64,000 nt of DNA, from NCBI GenBank assembly GCA_017404795.1, contig JAFRBR010000005.1, positions 129-64,128 of the forward strand, in the 5' to 3' direction. Origin of the DNA: Candidatus Saccharimonadota bacterium. Lineage in GTDB: Bacteria > Patescibacteriota > Saccharimonadia > Saccharimonadales > Saccharimonadaceae. The number at the start of each line of letters is the position of its first letter. Positions within the stretch are counted from its first letter, which is position 1. The notes beneath the pieces were generated by a model. The model worked only from the letters and a program-made list of their open reading frames with translations, was not told the DNA's origin and did not search any database. Position numbers and translations under genes: made by a program. Positions 45,050 through 55,189 of the stretch are shown piece by piece.

Positions 45050-45748
45050 CTAATTATTACGTCGTGGTTTAGTCACGATTCTCGCAAAAATAATTTTGCC
45101 GGCCGGCGTTTCGTGGAAACGGACAAATTCCACAGTTAAGGTCTTGCCAATTTTGCTGGCTGCTTTATCTACTACTACCATTGTCCCATCAGTCAAATGC
45201 CCCACACCTTGTCCACGGTTAGAACCTTTTTCGGTAATTTTGACTTCCATTTTTTCACCCGGCAAAAACTCTGTGCGTACCGCTAGGGCCAGCTCATTAA
45301 CATTTAAAGCCTCGATTTTTTCTGCTTCTGCTACCTTGATCAAATTATAATCAATTGTTAGTATTGCCCCTTTGTTCTCTTTGGCAAATTTTAACAATTG
45401 TTCATCCACCATTATTCTCCCCTCCCCATCATCATAAATTTCGGTGTTTACATTGATGACTCGCTCTAGCTCTGCTACTGCTTCTAGCCCCGCCCGAGCT
45501 TTAATGCGCCTCTCCGAATCCTTGCCATCGGCCAAGAGTTGCAATTCTCTCAACACGCTTTTTAACACCACAATATCCCCATCCATAAACCCTGACCGTG
45601 CCACGTTCAAAATCCGCCCGTCAATCAGTGCTGAGGTATCGATATATATTTTCCGTCTGCTTGTGCGGAGTGGCTTTAGTCGCTTCACAGTCAGAAACGA
45701 TGTCTCCGCCAAAATCACCAGCACAATTATTAAAATCAATATTTCCAT
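45050..45748 (-). CDS. PIN/TRAM domain protein (YacL-like)
   Basis: IYIDTSALIDGRI, ELQLLAD, QGVGHL.DGTMVVV. Confidence 0.9.
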   Translation of the reverse strand: MEILILIIVLVILAETSFLTVKRLKPLRTSRRKIYIDTSALIDGRILNVARSGFMDGDIVVLKSVLRELQLLADGKDSERRIKARAGLEAVAELERVINVNTEIYDDGEGRIMVDEQLLKFAKENKGAILTIDYNLIKVAEAEKIEALNVNELALAVRTEFLPGEKMEVKITEKGSNRGQGVGHLTDGTMVVVDKAASKIGKTLTVEFVRFHETPAGKIIFARIVTKPRRNN

Positions 45749-45780
45749 AGAACTTATTATATCATAGAGCCGGCTCACTC

Positions 45781-46953
45781 TTAAACTATCAAATCTGCAC
45801 CATACTTGGTGGCGTGTAAATGATTTTGGGCCAAAAATGCCTCATATTTAGTAACCAAATCATCTCTACCTACAACTCTTGCAATATCCATTGCTAGGTC
45901 ATAACGCGAAGCCGCATTCCGCCTCAACATCTCAAATGGTGTAGTAGTAGAGCCTTCTTCATTAAACCCATGTACTCTCAGCCGTCCTCTCGCCGTATAA
46001 TTCTCCAAAATATTTTCCAGAGTTTCGGGATAACCGTGGAAATTTGCTAAAATCGGTTTATTTTCGGTAAATAACTCTGCAAATTGTTCTTTAGTCAATT
46101 TGTGCTGAGTAGTGCCAATTGCCCGATAGCTCAGTGCATTAATCCCCACAAATCGCATTTTGATTTCTGGGATATCCTCGCGAATAATCTTCATCGCCTC
46201 CAAAGTTTCGTGTGTTACGATATCTCCTGCCGCCGTCAGCACAAAATCCGGCTTTTCATCTGAAATAAACTCATAAATGCTGGCCCCGTTGTTGTCGTAT
46301 TGATATTTTGCGTGGTGCGAATCAATATAACGCGGCCGGGGATTTTTATCAAATGTTGTCAAATTTACAACATCCTTTGAATTTAGCATGAAATTAAAGG
46401 CTTCTTCAGCCGCTACATCATCTACCGGAAAGATACAATTAGCCAGATTTGACGGCACCGACAGCAAAGTAGAAATCAGCGCTGGCGATTGATGCGTAAA
46501 TCCATTGTGGTCTTGCCGCCAACAAGTAGAAGTAGCCAGCAAATTCACCGCCGGCAAAGGTTGACGCCAAGTCACCTGTTTGGCCTGCTTGATAAATTTC
46601 ATCTGTTGCAACAGCTGTGCAGTAATAATGGGCAGAAACGCTTCGTAGCTCCCCAGCATCGCTTGTTCCCCGTTCATCAAATGACCAGTCATCACAGAAA
46701 ACAGTACATTTTCTGACAACATTTCGACAATTCTCCCCCCTGCCACTTCCGGCAAATCCCAAGACGCTTGCTCCAAATCTCCCCAGGCGCGTTTTTCGAC
46801 CGTAAAAATCCGGTCAAACTTATTTGAAGTCGTCTCATCTGGTGAAAAGAAGTAAAAGTGCGGGTTCTTTTCAAACTGTTCAGTCAGTAACTCTCCGATT
46901 TTCTCTGCTGGCGAATATAGCTCTGCACCCGGATTATCTACTCGCTCAATCAT
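45781..46953 (-). CDS. xfp: Phosphoketolase, C-terminal part (split gene)
   Basis: FSPDETTSNK, EMLSE, SYEAF, QDHNGFTHQ, GF.EEGSTTTPF. Confidence 0.88.
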   Translation of the reverse strand: MIERVDNPGAELYSPAEKIGELLTEQFEKNPHFYFFSPDETTSNKFDRIFTVEKRAWGDLEQASWDLPEVAGGRIVEMLSENVLFSVMTGHLMNGEQAMLGSYEAFLPIITAQLLQQMKFIKQAKQVTWRQPLPAVNLLATSTCWRQDHNGFTHQSPALISTLLSVPSNLANCIFPVDDVAAEEAFNFMLNSKDVVNLTTFDKNPRPRYIDSHHAKYQYDNNGASIYEFISDEKPDFVLTAAGDIVTHETLEAMKIIREDIPEIKMRFVGINALSYRAIGTTQHKLTKEQFAELFTENKPILANFHGYPETLENILENYTARGRLRVHGFNEEGSTTTPFEMLRRNAASRYDLAMDIARVVGRDDLVTKYEAFLAQNHLHATKYGADLIV

Positions 46954-47890
46954 TTGCTTCTCCCGCTGTTATTATTTCGGCTAACAACTCTGCCGGTTCA
47001 TAGCTTTGTAGCCATCTCTCGAGTTGTTTCAATTCTTCTGGGTCGGTCTTGGGGTTTTTGAGTGGAATCTGATGAGCCTCTTGGTGACGGTTGGGTCCGC
47101 CTTCACCCTTTTCGGTCCGCATGATGATAAACGGTGCTTCTACTTCTTTTGCTAGCGCGTGTTGAAAATCTTCAGTCTTGTCACCCTCAATCGCTATCGG
47201 CGTGTAACCAAATCCGCGGATTAGCTCCATTAGTTCCCGCTCAGATTTACGGGCATAGATAGACGGTGCCGAAATCTTATAACCATTCAAATGCAAAATC
47301 GGCAGTATCCGTCCGTTATTCTCGCTCGCCAGTAAATCTCGCAAATTCAACGAGTCTAAGGCTGTAGCGGTTTCTAATTCTCCATCTCCAATCAGTACGG
47401 CGGTAGTTTTTTCTGGGTGGCCTAGGCTCAGTCCGTAGGCATTGGCTAGCGCATAACCGAGTTCACCGCCCTCAGTGATAATTCCTGGTGTTAATGGACT
47501 AGCGTGACTCGGAAACCCGTCCGGCCAAGAAAACTGCTTACAAAGATAAGCCAGTCCCTTGGCATCACGCGTTGCTTTTGTATCTACTTTGGCTAGCTCC
47601 CCGTCCAGCCAGAGGTTTGCATTGAGTGCCGGAAATCCGTGTCCTGGCCCCAAAATAAAGCTAAAATTCGGGTCATCACCAAAATGCGCCTTGAGATTGG
47701 CATAGGCCACATTAATTCCGTGGCAAGTCCCCCAGTGCCCGAGTAGTCTCGGCTTGATATCGTCAAAGGCTAGTTCTCTTTCCATTAAAAAATTATCTTG
47801 CAAGAAAAGCTGCGCCACCACCAAATAATCGCACAATCGTATCCGTCGGCGGATTTTTTCTAATGCTTCAAAACTACTCTGCCCACTCAT
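46946..47890 (-). CDS. xfp: Phosphoketolase, N-terminal TPP-binding part (split gene)
   Basis: LLGHWGT, GPGHG, EGGELGY, GDGELET, LHLNGYKI, HQIP. Confidence 0.88.
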   Translation of the reverse strand: MSGQSSFEALEKIRRRIRLCDYLVVAQLFLQDNFLMERELAFDDIKPRLLGHWGTCHGINVAYANLKAHFGDDPNFSFILGPGHGFPALNANLWLDGELAKVDTKATRDAKGLAYLCKQFSWPDGFPSHASPLTPGIITEGGELGYALANAYGLSLGHPEKTTAVLIGDGELETATALDSLNLRDLLASENNGRILPILHLNGYKISAPSIYARKSERELMELIRGFGYTPIAIEGDKTEDFQHALAKEVEAPFIIMRTEKGEGGPNRHQEAHQIPLKNPKTDPEELKQLERWLQSYEPAELLAEIITAGEAND

Positions 47891-47900
47891 TCTATCACCA

Positions 47901-49997
47901 TTATATCATAATCGCTTTGATTTTTTCAATTTCGTCTCGGAGTAAAGCCGCTCGCTCAAACTCTAGATTCGCTGCAGCCAGTTGCATCTCGGAAGACAGT
48001 TGTTTCACTAGCGCCGGCAACTCATCCTTGGGTATTTTCTTAATGTCTAGTTTATCCACCTTTTCTTTCTCTGGAATAATCGCGCGAAGGCCCTTTGATA
48101 CTTCCTTTTTGATCGAATGCGGCGTAATTCCGTGTTTTTCATTGTATTCTTTCTGAATCTCGCGCCGGCGGTTGGTCTCACTAATCGCCCTTTCCATACT
48201 TTCGGTGATATAATCAGCATACATAATCACTTTGCCTTCTTCATGTCGCGCCGCCCGGCCAATCGTCTGAATCAATGCCGACTCTGAGCGTAAAAACCCT
48301 TCCTTGTCCGCGTCCAATATTGCGACTAATGATACTTCTGGTAAATCCAGTCCTTCACGCAGCAGATTAATCCCTACTAGCACATCATATACCCCTTCAC
48401 GCAAGTCACGCAGAATATCGCCCCGCTCCAAAGTATCAATATCCGAGTGAATATACGCTGTTTTTACTCCCCGCTCTTTCAAGTGATCTGAGAGGTCTTC
48501 CGCCATCCGTTTGGTCAGGGTGGTGATCAAAGTCCGCTGTCCCTTAGCGATGCGTCGGTCAATTTCCTCCATCAAATCATCAATCTGTCCTTCCGAGGGC
48601 CTTACTTCTATTTCGGGGTCCAGTAGCCCCGTTGGGCGAATCACTTGCTCCGCTGGCTCAGGCGAATGTTCTAGCTCGTATTCCCCTGGTGTAGCCGATA
48701 CATAAATCGCTTGGTTGATATGCCCTTGAAACTCACCGTAAGTTAATGGCCGGTTATCTAGCGCGCTCGGCAGCCGGAACCCGTATTCCACGAGATTCAA
48801 CTTCCGCGCGTGGTCGCCATTATACATTCCCCGTACCTGCGGCAGGGTCATATGCGATTCATCTACAATCAGCAGCCAGTCCCTCGGGAAGAAATCTAGC
48901 AGAGTCGCCGGTGGCTGCCCTGGGGCTCTCCCGTCTAAGTGCCTTGAATAATTCTCAATCCCCTTTACGAACCCCGTTTCTTTTAACATTTCTAGATCAT
49001 ATTTTGTGCGCTGGCTTAATCTTTGTGCCTCTAGATATTTTTGGTGCTTTTCGAAATATTTTAACCGCTCTTCGAACTCCGCTCGTATCGTCACGAGAGC
49101 CCTCTCCAGTTGCGACTGCGGTGTGGCATAATGCGTGTTCGGGAATAAATGCACATGGTCCGGATTCTCCCGCACTTCAAAAGTCAACGGGTCCACAATC
49201 TTCACCTCTTCCAGCGTATCAAATCCAAACTCAAACCGATACGCATATTCCCCATTAGCCGGATATAAATCAATCGTATCCCCCATCACCCGAAAATTCC
49301 CTCGTTCAAACGCCAGATCATTCCGATGATACTGCATATTGACGAGGTGTCGGATAAACTCTAATTGCGATAGGCTAGCAACAGATCGGTCTTTTTCGGA
49401 AACGCTTCGCTCGCGCCCGTCGTTACGGGGCTCGCTCGCTCTAATTGCTCCCGTCGTTGCTCTAACCTCCTCAAAAGACCGATCTGCTGCTACCCCCCAG
49501 CCTTCTACACTTTTCCATAACGGTAACGACATCTCGGTATAATTCTCCGGCGAGCCAATACCATAGATACAAGAAACGCTCGCAACTACGATCACATCCC
49601 GCCTCGTGAGTAGCGCCTCGGTCGCTCCATGCCGAAGCCGATCAATTTCATCATTAATCGCCGAGTCCTTCTCGATATAAGTATCGGTCGAGGCAATATA
49701 GGCTTCTGGCTGGTAATAGTCGAAATAACTCACAAAATAATGCACTTCGTTGTCCGGAAAAAACTCTCGAAATTCCGAATATAATTGTGCCGCCAAGGTC
49801 TTATTGTGCGCCAAAATCAAAGTCGGACGCTGAGTCTGCTCAATGATATTAGCCATGGTAAAAGTCTTACCCGACCCAGTTACCCCTAGTAAGGTCTGTT
49901 CGTGGACACCACGATTAATGCCGTCCACCAACTGCTTGATTGCGGCCGGTTGATCGCCCATCGGGGAATATTTTGACACTAACTTAAATTTAGCCAT
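47901..49997 (-). CDS. uvrB: Excinuclease ABC subunit B with a ~40-aa insertion
   Basis: [34 protein letters not shown]. Confidence 0.98.
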   Translation of the reverse strand: MAKFKLVSKYSPMGDQPAAIKQLVDGINRGVHEQTLLGVTGSGKTFTMANIIEQTQRPTLILAHNKTLAAQLYSEFREFFPDNEVHYFVSYFDYYQPEAYIASTDTYIEKDSAINDEIDRLRHGATEALLTRRDVIVVASVSCIYGIGSPENYTEMSLPLWKSVEGWGVAADRSFEEVRATTGAIRASEPRNDGRERSVSEKDRSVASLSQLEFIRHLVNMQYHRNDLAFERGNFRVMGDTIDLYPANGEYAYRFEFGFDTLEEVKIVDPLTFEVRENPDHVHLFPNTHYATPQSQLERALVTIRAEFEERLKYFEKHQKYLEAQRLSQRTKYDLEMLKETGFVKGIENYSRHLDGRAPGQPPATLLDFFPRDWLLIVDESHMTLPQVRGMYNGDHARKLNLVEYGFRLPSALDNRPLTYGEFQGHINQAIYVSATPGEYELEHSPEPAEQVIRPTGLLDPEIEVRPSEGQIDDLMEEIDRRIAKGQRTLITTLTKRMAEDLSDHLKERGVKTAYIHSDIDTLERGDILRDLREGVYDVLVGINLLREGLDLPEVSLVAILDADKEGFLRSESALIQTIGRAARHEEGKVIMYADYITESMERAISETNRRREIQKEYNEKHGITPHSIKKEVSKGLRAIIPEKEKVDKLDIKKIPKDELPALVKQLSSEMQLAAANLEFERAALLRDEIEKIKAIMI
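49376..49492. repeat. In-frame palindromic element (117 nt) in uvrB
   Basis: Arms TAGCAACAGATCGGTCTTTT / AAAAGACCGATCTGCTGCTA; core CGCTCGCGCCCGTCGTTACGGGGCTCGCT. Confidence 0.9.
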
Positions 49998-50038
49998 ATC
50001 TATTATTATAACACGCCAGATTATTATATAATATAGTT

Positions 50039-50290
50039 ATGAAATACCAAGTCACAGTTAAACCTGGTTCATCACAAGAAAAAATCATCGAGGTCGCACC
50101 TGCAACCGATACTTCTGCTGGCGAACTTACAGTCTATCTTCGGGCCAAGCCCCACGATGGCGAGGCCAATACTGCTCTTATTAAGTTACTTTCCAAGCAT
50201 TTCAAAATTGCTAAAACCAATATTCAGATTACTCGCGGCGCCCATTCTCGCGTCAAGATTGTCGAATTTCTCTACCTTGACTCAGGCTAA
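50039..50290 (+). CDS. DUF167 (YggU/UPF0235) family protein
   Basis: VTVKPGS, RAKPHDGEAN.ALIKLLS.HF, I.I.RG..SR.K. Confidence 0.9.
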   Translation: MKYQVTVKPGSSQEKIIEVAPATDTSAGELTVYLRAKPHDGEANTALIKLLSKHFKIAKTNIQITRGAHSRVKIVEFLYLDSG

Positions 50291-51030
50291 CTATGACAGT
50301 GAAACTGGGGTGTTGTCTGCCGCTCTATCTAGCGTAACTGCTTTGACTGACCAACGTGACGGTGAAACCTATGCGGTAGCTCGTCTGGCTGACGGTAATT
50401 GTTGGATGATAGAGAATCTACGTCTTGATGCCGAAGACACCCTTGGCGACACCAACAAGGTTTTAGCCCAACACTAATCGTGATGGTATTAATTCGACCG
50501 GCATAAATCTTATCGTCAGTCGCAACGCTAATAATGATTATGCTCAATGGTATAGCTATGGTAATTATTACACTTGGGCTGCTGCTATAGCTAGTATAAT
50601 CCCATATGATGGTGCTAATACTCAAACAGACGGCTATACATCCGAAACCGCAGGCACCTCTCTTTGTCCCGCTGGTTGGCAACTACCTTATGGTAGAAAT
50701 ACGGGTAATGGCGCCACCACTAAAGGCTTCTCCTACCTTGATATTCAAATGGGCGGTACCGGCACGTCTATCAACGCATCCACCCCCGGCATAGAATATC
50801 GTTCCAATATGTGGCGTAGCTTCCCAAACAATTTTATCCAATCCGGATTTTTCACTGCAACATCGGCGCGAAGCCGGGGTGTTACTGGGATTTATTGGTC
50901 GTCAACAGCGAGCGGCTATAATTATTCATATTCTTTTTATATTGACAGCTTAAATGTTTCCCCAGGTACGAGCAATGGCATGGTCCCGAGGTCGGGCAGC
51001 ACTTCTATCCGCTGCCTCACCAGTCCTTAA
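50271..51030 (+). pseudogene. 5'-truncated, internally deleted FISUMP gene
   Basis: Frame A: LTDQRDGETYAVARLADGNCWMIENLRLD, stop at 50477; frame B from 50467: YGNYYTWAAA, CPAGWQLP, FPNNF, YWSST, SIRC. No start codon or promoter of its own. Confidence 0.85.
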
Positions 51031-51046
51031 TTCCAAGCCTCCTAGT

Positions 51047-52489
51047 CTACCCCCGCTTCATCGTTGGGAATGGCACCGCCTCACGGCCGGACACGCCTTC
51101 GAGTAGCCAGAAATTCCGCTCTGAATTCCCCCAGCCACAAGCTGGCGGCATTCCATATTCTAGCATCTCCACAAAATCCATATCCATCATCTGGGCTTCT
51201 TCGTCGCCCGCATCACGCGCCGCCTGCTGCTCTTCAAACCTAGCCAATTGGTCCAGTGGATCATTTAGCTCCGAGAATCCATTTCCCATCTCCGTCCCCG
51301 CAATAATCGGGTGGAAACGCTCAGTCACCAGAGGATTGTCGCTAGACTTCTTCGCCAGTGGCGACAAAGAAAGTGGCTCCTCCACCACCCAATACGGCCC
51401 AGCTGAAGTCTTGCGAATCAGCTTCCAGACATGGTCAATTAGGTGCGGCGTAGTCATATCAAAGTTAGACTCCACTCCATTCTCCTTCAAAATTTGAATT
51501 AGTTGCTCTCTATCTGGGTTAAACACATCTACCCCAAACTTCTCGCGCAACAAATCTGCATACTTGTATCTCGGCCATTCACAGTCGAGATCAATCTTAA
51601 ACCCACCCACCTCGAACTGCAGAGTCCCCCAAGTTTCCCGGCAGACATATTTAATCATTTCTTCGTAAAACTTCATTCCATCTTCGTAATCCTCGTACGC
51701 GGCATAGGCCTCAAAGGCAATATGCTCCGGCAAATGCTCATCATCTACCCCCTCATTTCTAAATCTCGGTCCAATATCATAGACTTTTTCAAACCCACCA
51801 CCCAGTAACCGCTTTAGCGGCAACTCGTGCGAAATCCTTAAATAAAAATCTTCATCTAGCGCGTTCATGTGGGTCATAAATGGCTGCGCATCTGCTCCAC
51901 CAGTAGTGTGCTCTAGCACCGGTATATTTACCTCTACAAACCCGTGCTGATTCATAAAATCTCGCGTGGCCTGCCAGAACCGTGACCGTCGCACCAACCG
52001 CTCGCGTACCTCTGGATTGACATTCATATCCACATAGCGCCGGCGGTAGCGCTCTTCTTTATTGGTGAACTTCTCCGGCAGAGGCCTGAGAGACTTAGTC
52101 AGAAGCCGCACATAATCACAAAACACCGAAATCTCACCCGTCTGAGTCTTATCTACCGTCCCCCGAGCTTCGATAAAATCGCCCGTATCCAGTAACTTGA
52201 CTTGCTTAACGCCAAACAACCCTTCGCGCTCTTCTCCAGTATCGCGCATGAAAATCTGCACTTCACCACTCAAATCCCGCAACTTCAAAAACACTAACTT
52301 CCCAAACGACCGAATCGCTACAATCCGCCCGGCCACACAGACTTCTTGCCCCTTAAGCTCATCAAAATGCTTTACCACTCTAGAAATAAGTGTGTCGCGC
52401 CCCGTCTTAGCTGGGTAGGGGTCAATCCCGCGGCCCCGAATTTCTTCTAATTTGCGTAATCTCTCATTTCTATAATCATCAAGTATCAT
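51047..52489 (-). CDS. lysS: Lysine--tRNA ligase (class II)
   Basis: RYRRRYVD, FRNEG, YGMPPACG.G. Confidence 0.97.
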   Translation of the reverse strand: MILDDYRNERLRKLEEIRGRGIDPYPAKTGRDTLISRVVKHFDELKGQEVCVAGRIVAIRSFGKLVFLKLRDLSGEVQIFMRDTGEEREGLFGVKQVKLLDTGDFIEARGTVDKTQTGEISVFCDYVRLLTKSLRPLPEKFTNKEERYRRRYVDMNVNPEVRERLVRRSRFWQATRDFMNQHGFVEVNIPVLEHTTGGADAQPFMTHMNALDEDFYLRISHELPLKRLLGGGFEKVYDIGPRFRNEGVDDEHLPEHIAFEAYAAYEDYEDGMKFYEEMIKYVCRETWGTLQFEVGGFKIDLDCEWPRYKYADLLREKFGVDVFNPDREQLIQILKENGVESNFDMTTPHLIDHVWKLIRKTSAGPYWVVEEPLSLSPLAKKSSDNPLVTERFHPIIAGTEMGNGFSELNDPLDQLARFEEQQAARDAGDEEAQMMDMDFVEMLEYGMPPACGWGNSERNFWLLEGVSGREAVPFPTMKRG

Positions 52490-52506
52490 ACTTCTATTAT
52501 ATCAGA

Positions 52507-52953
52507 TTATTTTACTTCAACAATTCGTACTTTTTTACCATTAAATTCAAACTCATCCCCAGCTTTATGCCCCATCAGGGCCTTACCAATCGGCGCTTCA
52601 TTAGAAATCTTGCCCTCCAAAGGGTTGGCCTCAGTCGGACCTACCAAGGTATATTCCATTTTGCGCCCGCTTAGGGTCAAGGAAACGCATGCCCCTAGCG
52701 CCACCTTATCCTTCTTGCCACCCCGGATCACCTTGGCATTTTTCAAAATCTCTTGAATCTCCAAAATCCGGCTCTCGGCCACCTTCTGCTCGTTGCGCGC
52801 CGAAGAATACTCCTCATTTTCGCTCAAATCACCAAAAGACCGCGCCGTAGCGATTCTCTCGGCAATCGCCGGACGCTCTTTAATCAAATCAGCTAATTCC
52901 TGCTCCAATTCCTTCTTGCCGGCCGCTGTCAGACTAATAGTTTTTTTGATCAT
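52507..52953 (-). CDS. greA: Transcription elongation factor GreA
   Basis: GDLSENEEY, IS.EAPIGKAL.G. Confidence 0.96.
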   Translation of the reverse strand: MIKKTISLTAAGKKELEQELADLIKERPAIAERIATARSFGDLSENEEYSSARNEQKVAESRILEIQEILKNAKVIRGGKKDKVALGACVSLTLSGRKMEYTLVGPTEANPLEGKISNEAPIGKALMGHKAGDEFEFNGKKVRIVEVK

Positions 52954-53016
52954 AATTAACTCCCACTATTGATACATATAGAGTTTATCTAAAAACTGCC
53001 CAAATGTCAACACTAA

Positions 53017-54240
53017 TTATTTGAATAATTCAGCCAATTTTACCAGCGAAGTCTGGCCAGTTAAGCGCCCAGTTACTTCTGCCGAATCCGACTCCAAAGT
53101 CTTATCCGAAATTACCACTCGGTACGGTATCCCCATTAGTTCGCTATCGGCAAATTTCTCCCCCACTCTAGCATCGCGGTCATCAAACAAAATCTCTTCC
53201 TCGCGCCCCCTATATACCTCCTCAGCTCGCGCTAAGCCCTTCTCGCCAATCCCCACTAGATAATACTTAAACGGCGCCACTGTTTCTGGCCAAATTAGCC
53301 CCTTGTCATCGGCATATTTCTCGGCGATTACCCCCATCAGTCGTGATACGCCGATTCCATAGCACCCCATGTAAACGGTCTGAGTGGCATTATCCTCATC
53401 CGTAAATTTTAACCCCAGAGGCTCAGAATATTTGAACATTAATTTGAAAATATTCCCTACCTCAGCGCCAGTCGTCTCGGCGAAACCACTCTTATCAGCC
53501 CCAAACTCCGCCAGCACCTCATCATTAAACACCTCTTTATTTAATACTAATGAATAATCGTCATTGTAATAAATCGTGTCCTCCCCCACCGGCAAAATCG
53601 TCTGATATTCGTGCGAAAACTTGGAAAAAATCCCGCCACTGGCAAAAGTCTCATAGGTGCAATCGCCTAGCCCCACGCGCTCAAAAATTCGCTCATAAGC
53701 CCCCTCTACTTCTGCATAAAACCGGTCCAAATCCTCCTCCGAAGTATGAAAACTATATAGATCCTTCATCAAAAATTCGCGTCCGCGCAGAATCCCCGAT
53801 TTGGCCCGAAGCTCATTTCTAAACTTATTCTGAAACTGATACACCGCAAACGGTAAATCTTTGTAGCTTGATACGTATTTTTTGACCATGTTGACCATCG
53901 GCTCTTCGTGCGTAGGTGCCAGCCCTAGCACGCCTCCGGCCGACAATTCAGTTTTGAACCAAATATCTACTTCTTGGTCAGAAAATCGCCCGGTCCTTTC
54001 CCAAAGTTCTGGGTTCTGCAAGGCGGACATCAACACTTCTTCCGAGCCGATTTTGTTTAGCTCTTCGCGGATGATGTTTTTGATGTTTTCTAATACTCTC
54101 AGCCCCAGCGGCAGAAAGTCATATACTCCCGCCATCTCTTTATGAATATAGCCCGCCCTAGTGAGCAATGCCCCATTAACGGCAGTCTCGTCCTTTGGTG
54201 CCTCGCGCAAAGTCTTGATAAAAGTCTGTGATAATCTCAT
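53017..54240 (-). CDS. proS: Proline--tRNA ligase (short, no editing domain)
   Basis: L.PTHEE, KFRNELR...G..RGREF.MKD.YSF, MGCYGIGVSR. Confidence 0.95.
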   Translation of the reverse strand: MRLSQTFIKTLREAPKDETAVNGALLTRAGYIHKEMAGVYDFLPLGLRVLENIKNIIREELNKIGSEEVLMSALQNPELWERTGRFSDQEVDIWFKTELSAGGVLGLAPTHEEPMVNMVKKYVSSYKDLPFAVYQFQNKFRNELRAKSGILRGREFLMKDLYSFHTSEEDLDRFYAEVEGAYERIFERVGLGDCTYETFASGGIFSKFSHEYQTILPVGEDTIYYNDDYSLVLNKEVFNDEVLAEFGADKSGFAETTGAEVGNIFKLMFKYSEPLGLKFTDEDNATQTVYMGCYGIGVSRLMGVIAEKYADDKGLIWPETVAPFKYYLVGIGEKGLARAEEVYRGREEEILFDDRDARVGEKFADSELMGIPYRVVISDKTLESDSAEVTGRLTGQTSLVKLAELFK

Positions 54241-54307
54241 ATTTTATATTATATCACACCTCGACCATTATCGCGCCCCAGCTACATCGACACCCCCAGC
54301 CACATTA

Positions 54308-55189
54308 TCACACCCCAGCCACATATAAGAGATAAAACGCCACTCCGTTTTTGAGCATATGTACCAACATTCCGGCGTAAATCGTGCCAGTAATTTCGCG
54401 CAAAGCACATAGCACCACCGACACCGCAAACACATTTACTCCCACATTCCACTGCATATGAATCACTCCGAATAGCAGCGATACCAAGAAAATCGCCAAA
54501 ATCATCCCGGCAACATTTGACATCCGCTCCGATAACTTGCGGCGGATTTTGCCATATAGCCACCCCCGAAAAATGATTTCTTCGGCAATCGGCGCAATCA
54601 CCACTAGTGCCAAGAACGCCACTATCCGGTCCACCCCTCCGTTTAGCACATTGTATCCCACATCTTGAGCCTGCTCCACGTCAAACCACGGGAACAGCAT
54701 CCCAAATAACCCCACCAGTAAGGCCGCCAATATCAATTGGACCACAAACCCTACCGGCGCCAGGCCAATATCAGTCCATGTCGGCCAACCCCTTAGCCCT
54801 AGCAAATCTCGCATAGATGAAGATGTGTTTGCCCCCTGATCCTTAGTCGCATTTTTATTTTTTGCTGGCACTCGTCGTGGCACCAGAATCACTAGTACCA
54901 TCGCCAGAATATAAGACAGCGCCGAATAGACTGTGGTCACCACTGGCGTTTGAAAAGTTTCGGCCCCCACTATCCATAAAATCAAATACCCCACCACCAC
55001 CTGTGAAGCAACCACCGACACCGCCACCCAAGCCAACATCATCAAAATGCTTAAAGCCACTCTCCACCCCTGTTTTTGCGGAGTTTCGGTACGCGCTTGC
55101 TTGACGCCGGCCCTACTCTCTACCGACCCCTTATCCGACCCCGTATCCAACCCCTTGACTGAGCCCCTGACCGACCCCTTATCCACCAT
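54308..55189 (-). CDS. CPBP/CAAX-family intramembrane metalloprotease
   Basis: EEIIFRG, FGVIH, HMLKN motifs; start overlaps the rseP stop. Confidence 0.9.
   Translation of the reverse strand: MVDKGSVRGSVKGLDTGSDKGSVESRAGVKQARTETPQKQGWRVALSILMMLAWVAVSVVASQVVVGYLILWIVGAETFQTPVVTTVYSALSYILAMVLVILVPRRVPAKNKNATKDQGANTSSSMRDLLGLRGWPTWTDIGLAPVGFVVQLILAALLVGLFGMLFPWFDVEQAQDVGYNVLNGGVDRIVAFLALVVIAPIAEEIIFRGWLYGKIRRKLSERMSNVAGMILAIFLVSLLFGVIHMQWNVGVNVFAVSVVLCALREITGTIYAGMLVHMLKNGVAFYLLYVAGV
55123..55182. repeat. 5 x 12-nt tandem repeat in the CPBP gene N-terminus
   Basis: Units resembling CCGACCCCTTAT encode DKGS/VRGS/VKGL/DTGS/DKGS. Confidence 0.8.

Noticed and set aside
2329-49492. In-frame inserts as inteins or introns
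   Set aside because: No C/S...HN intein ends, no group I/II consensus, frames and orientations vary, and the lengths are too short.
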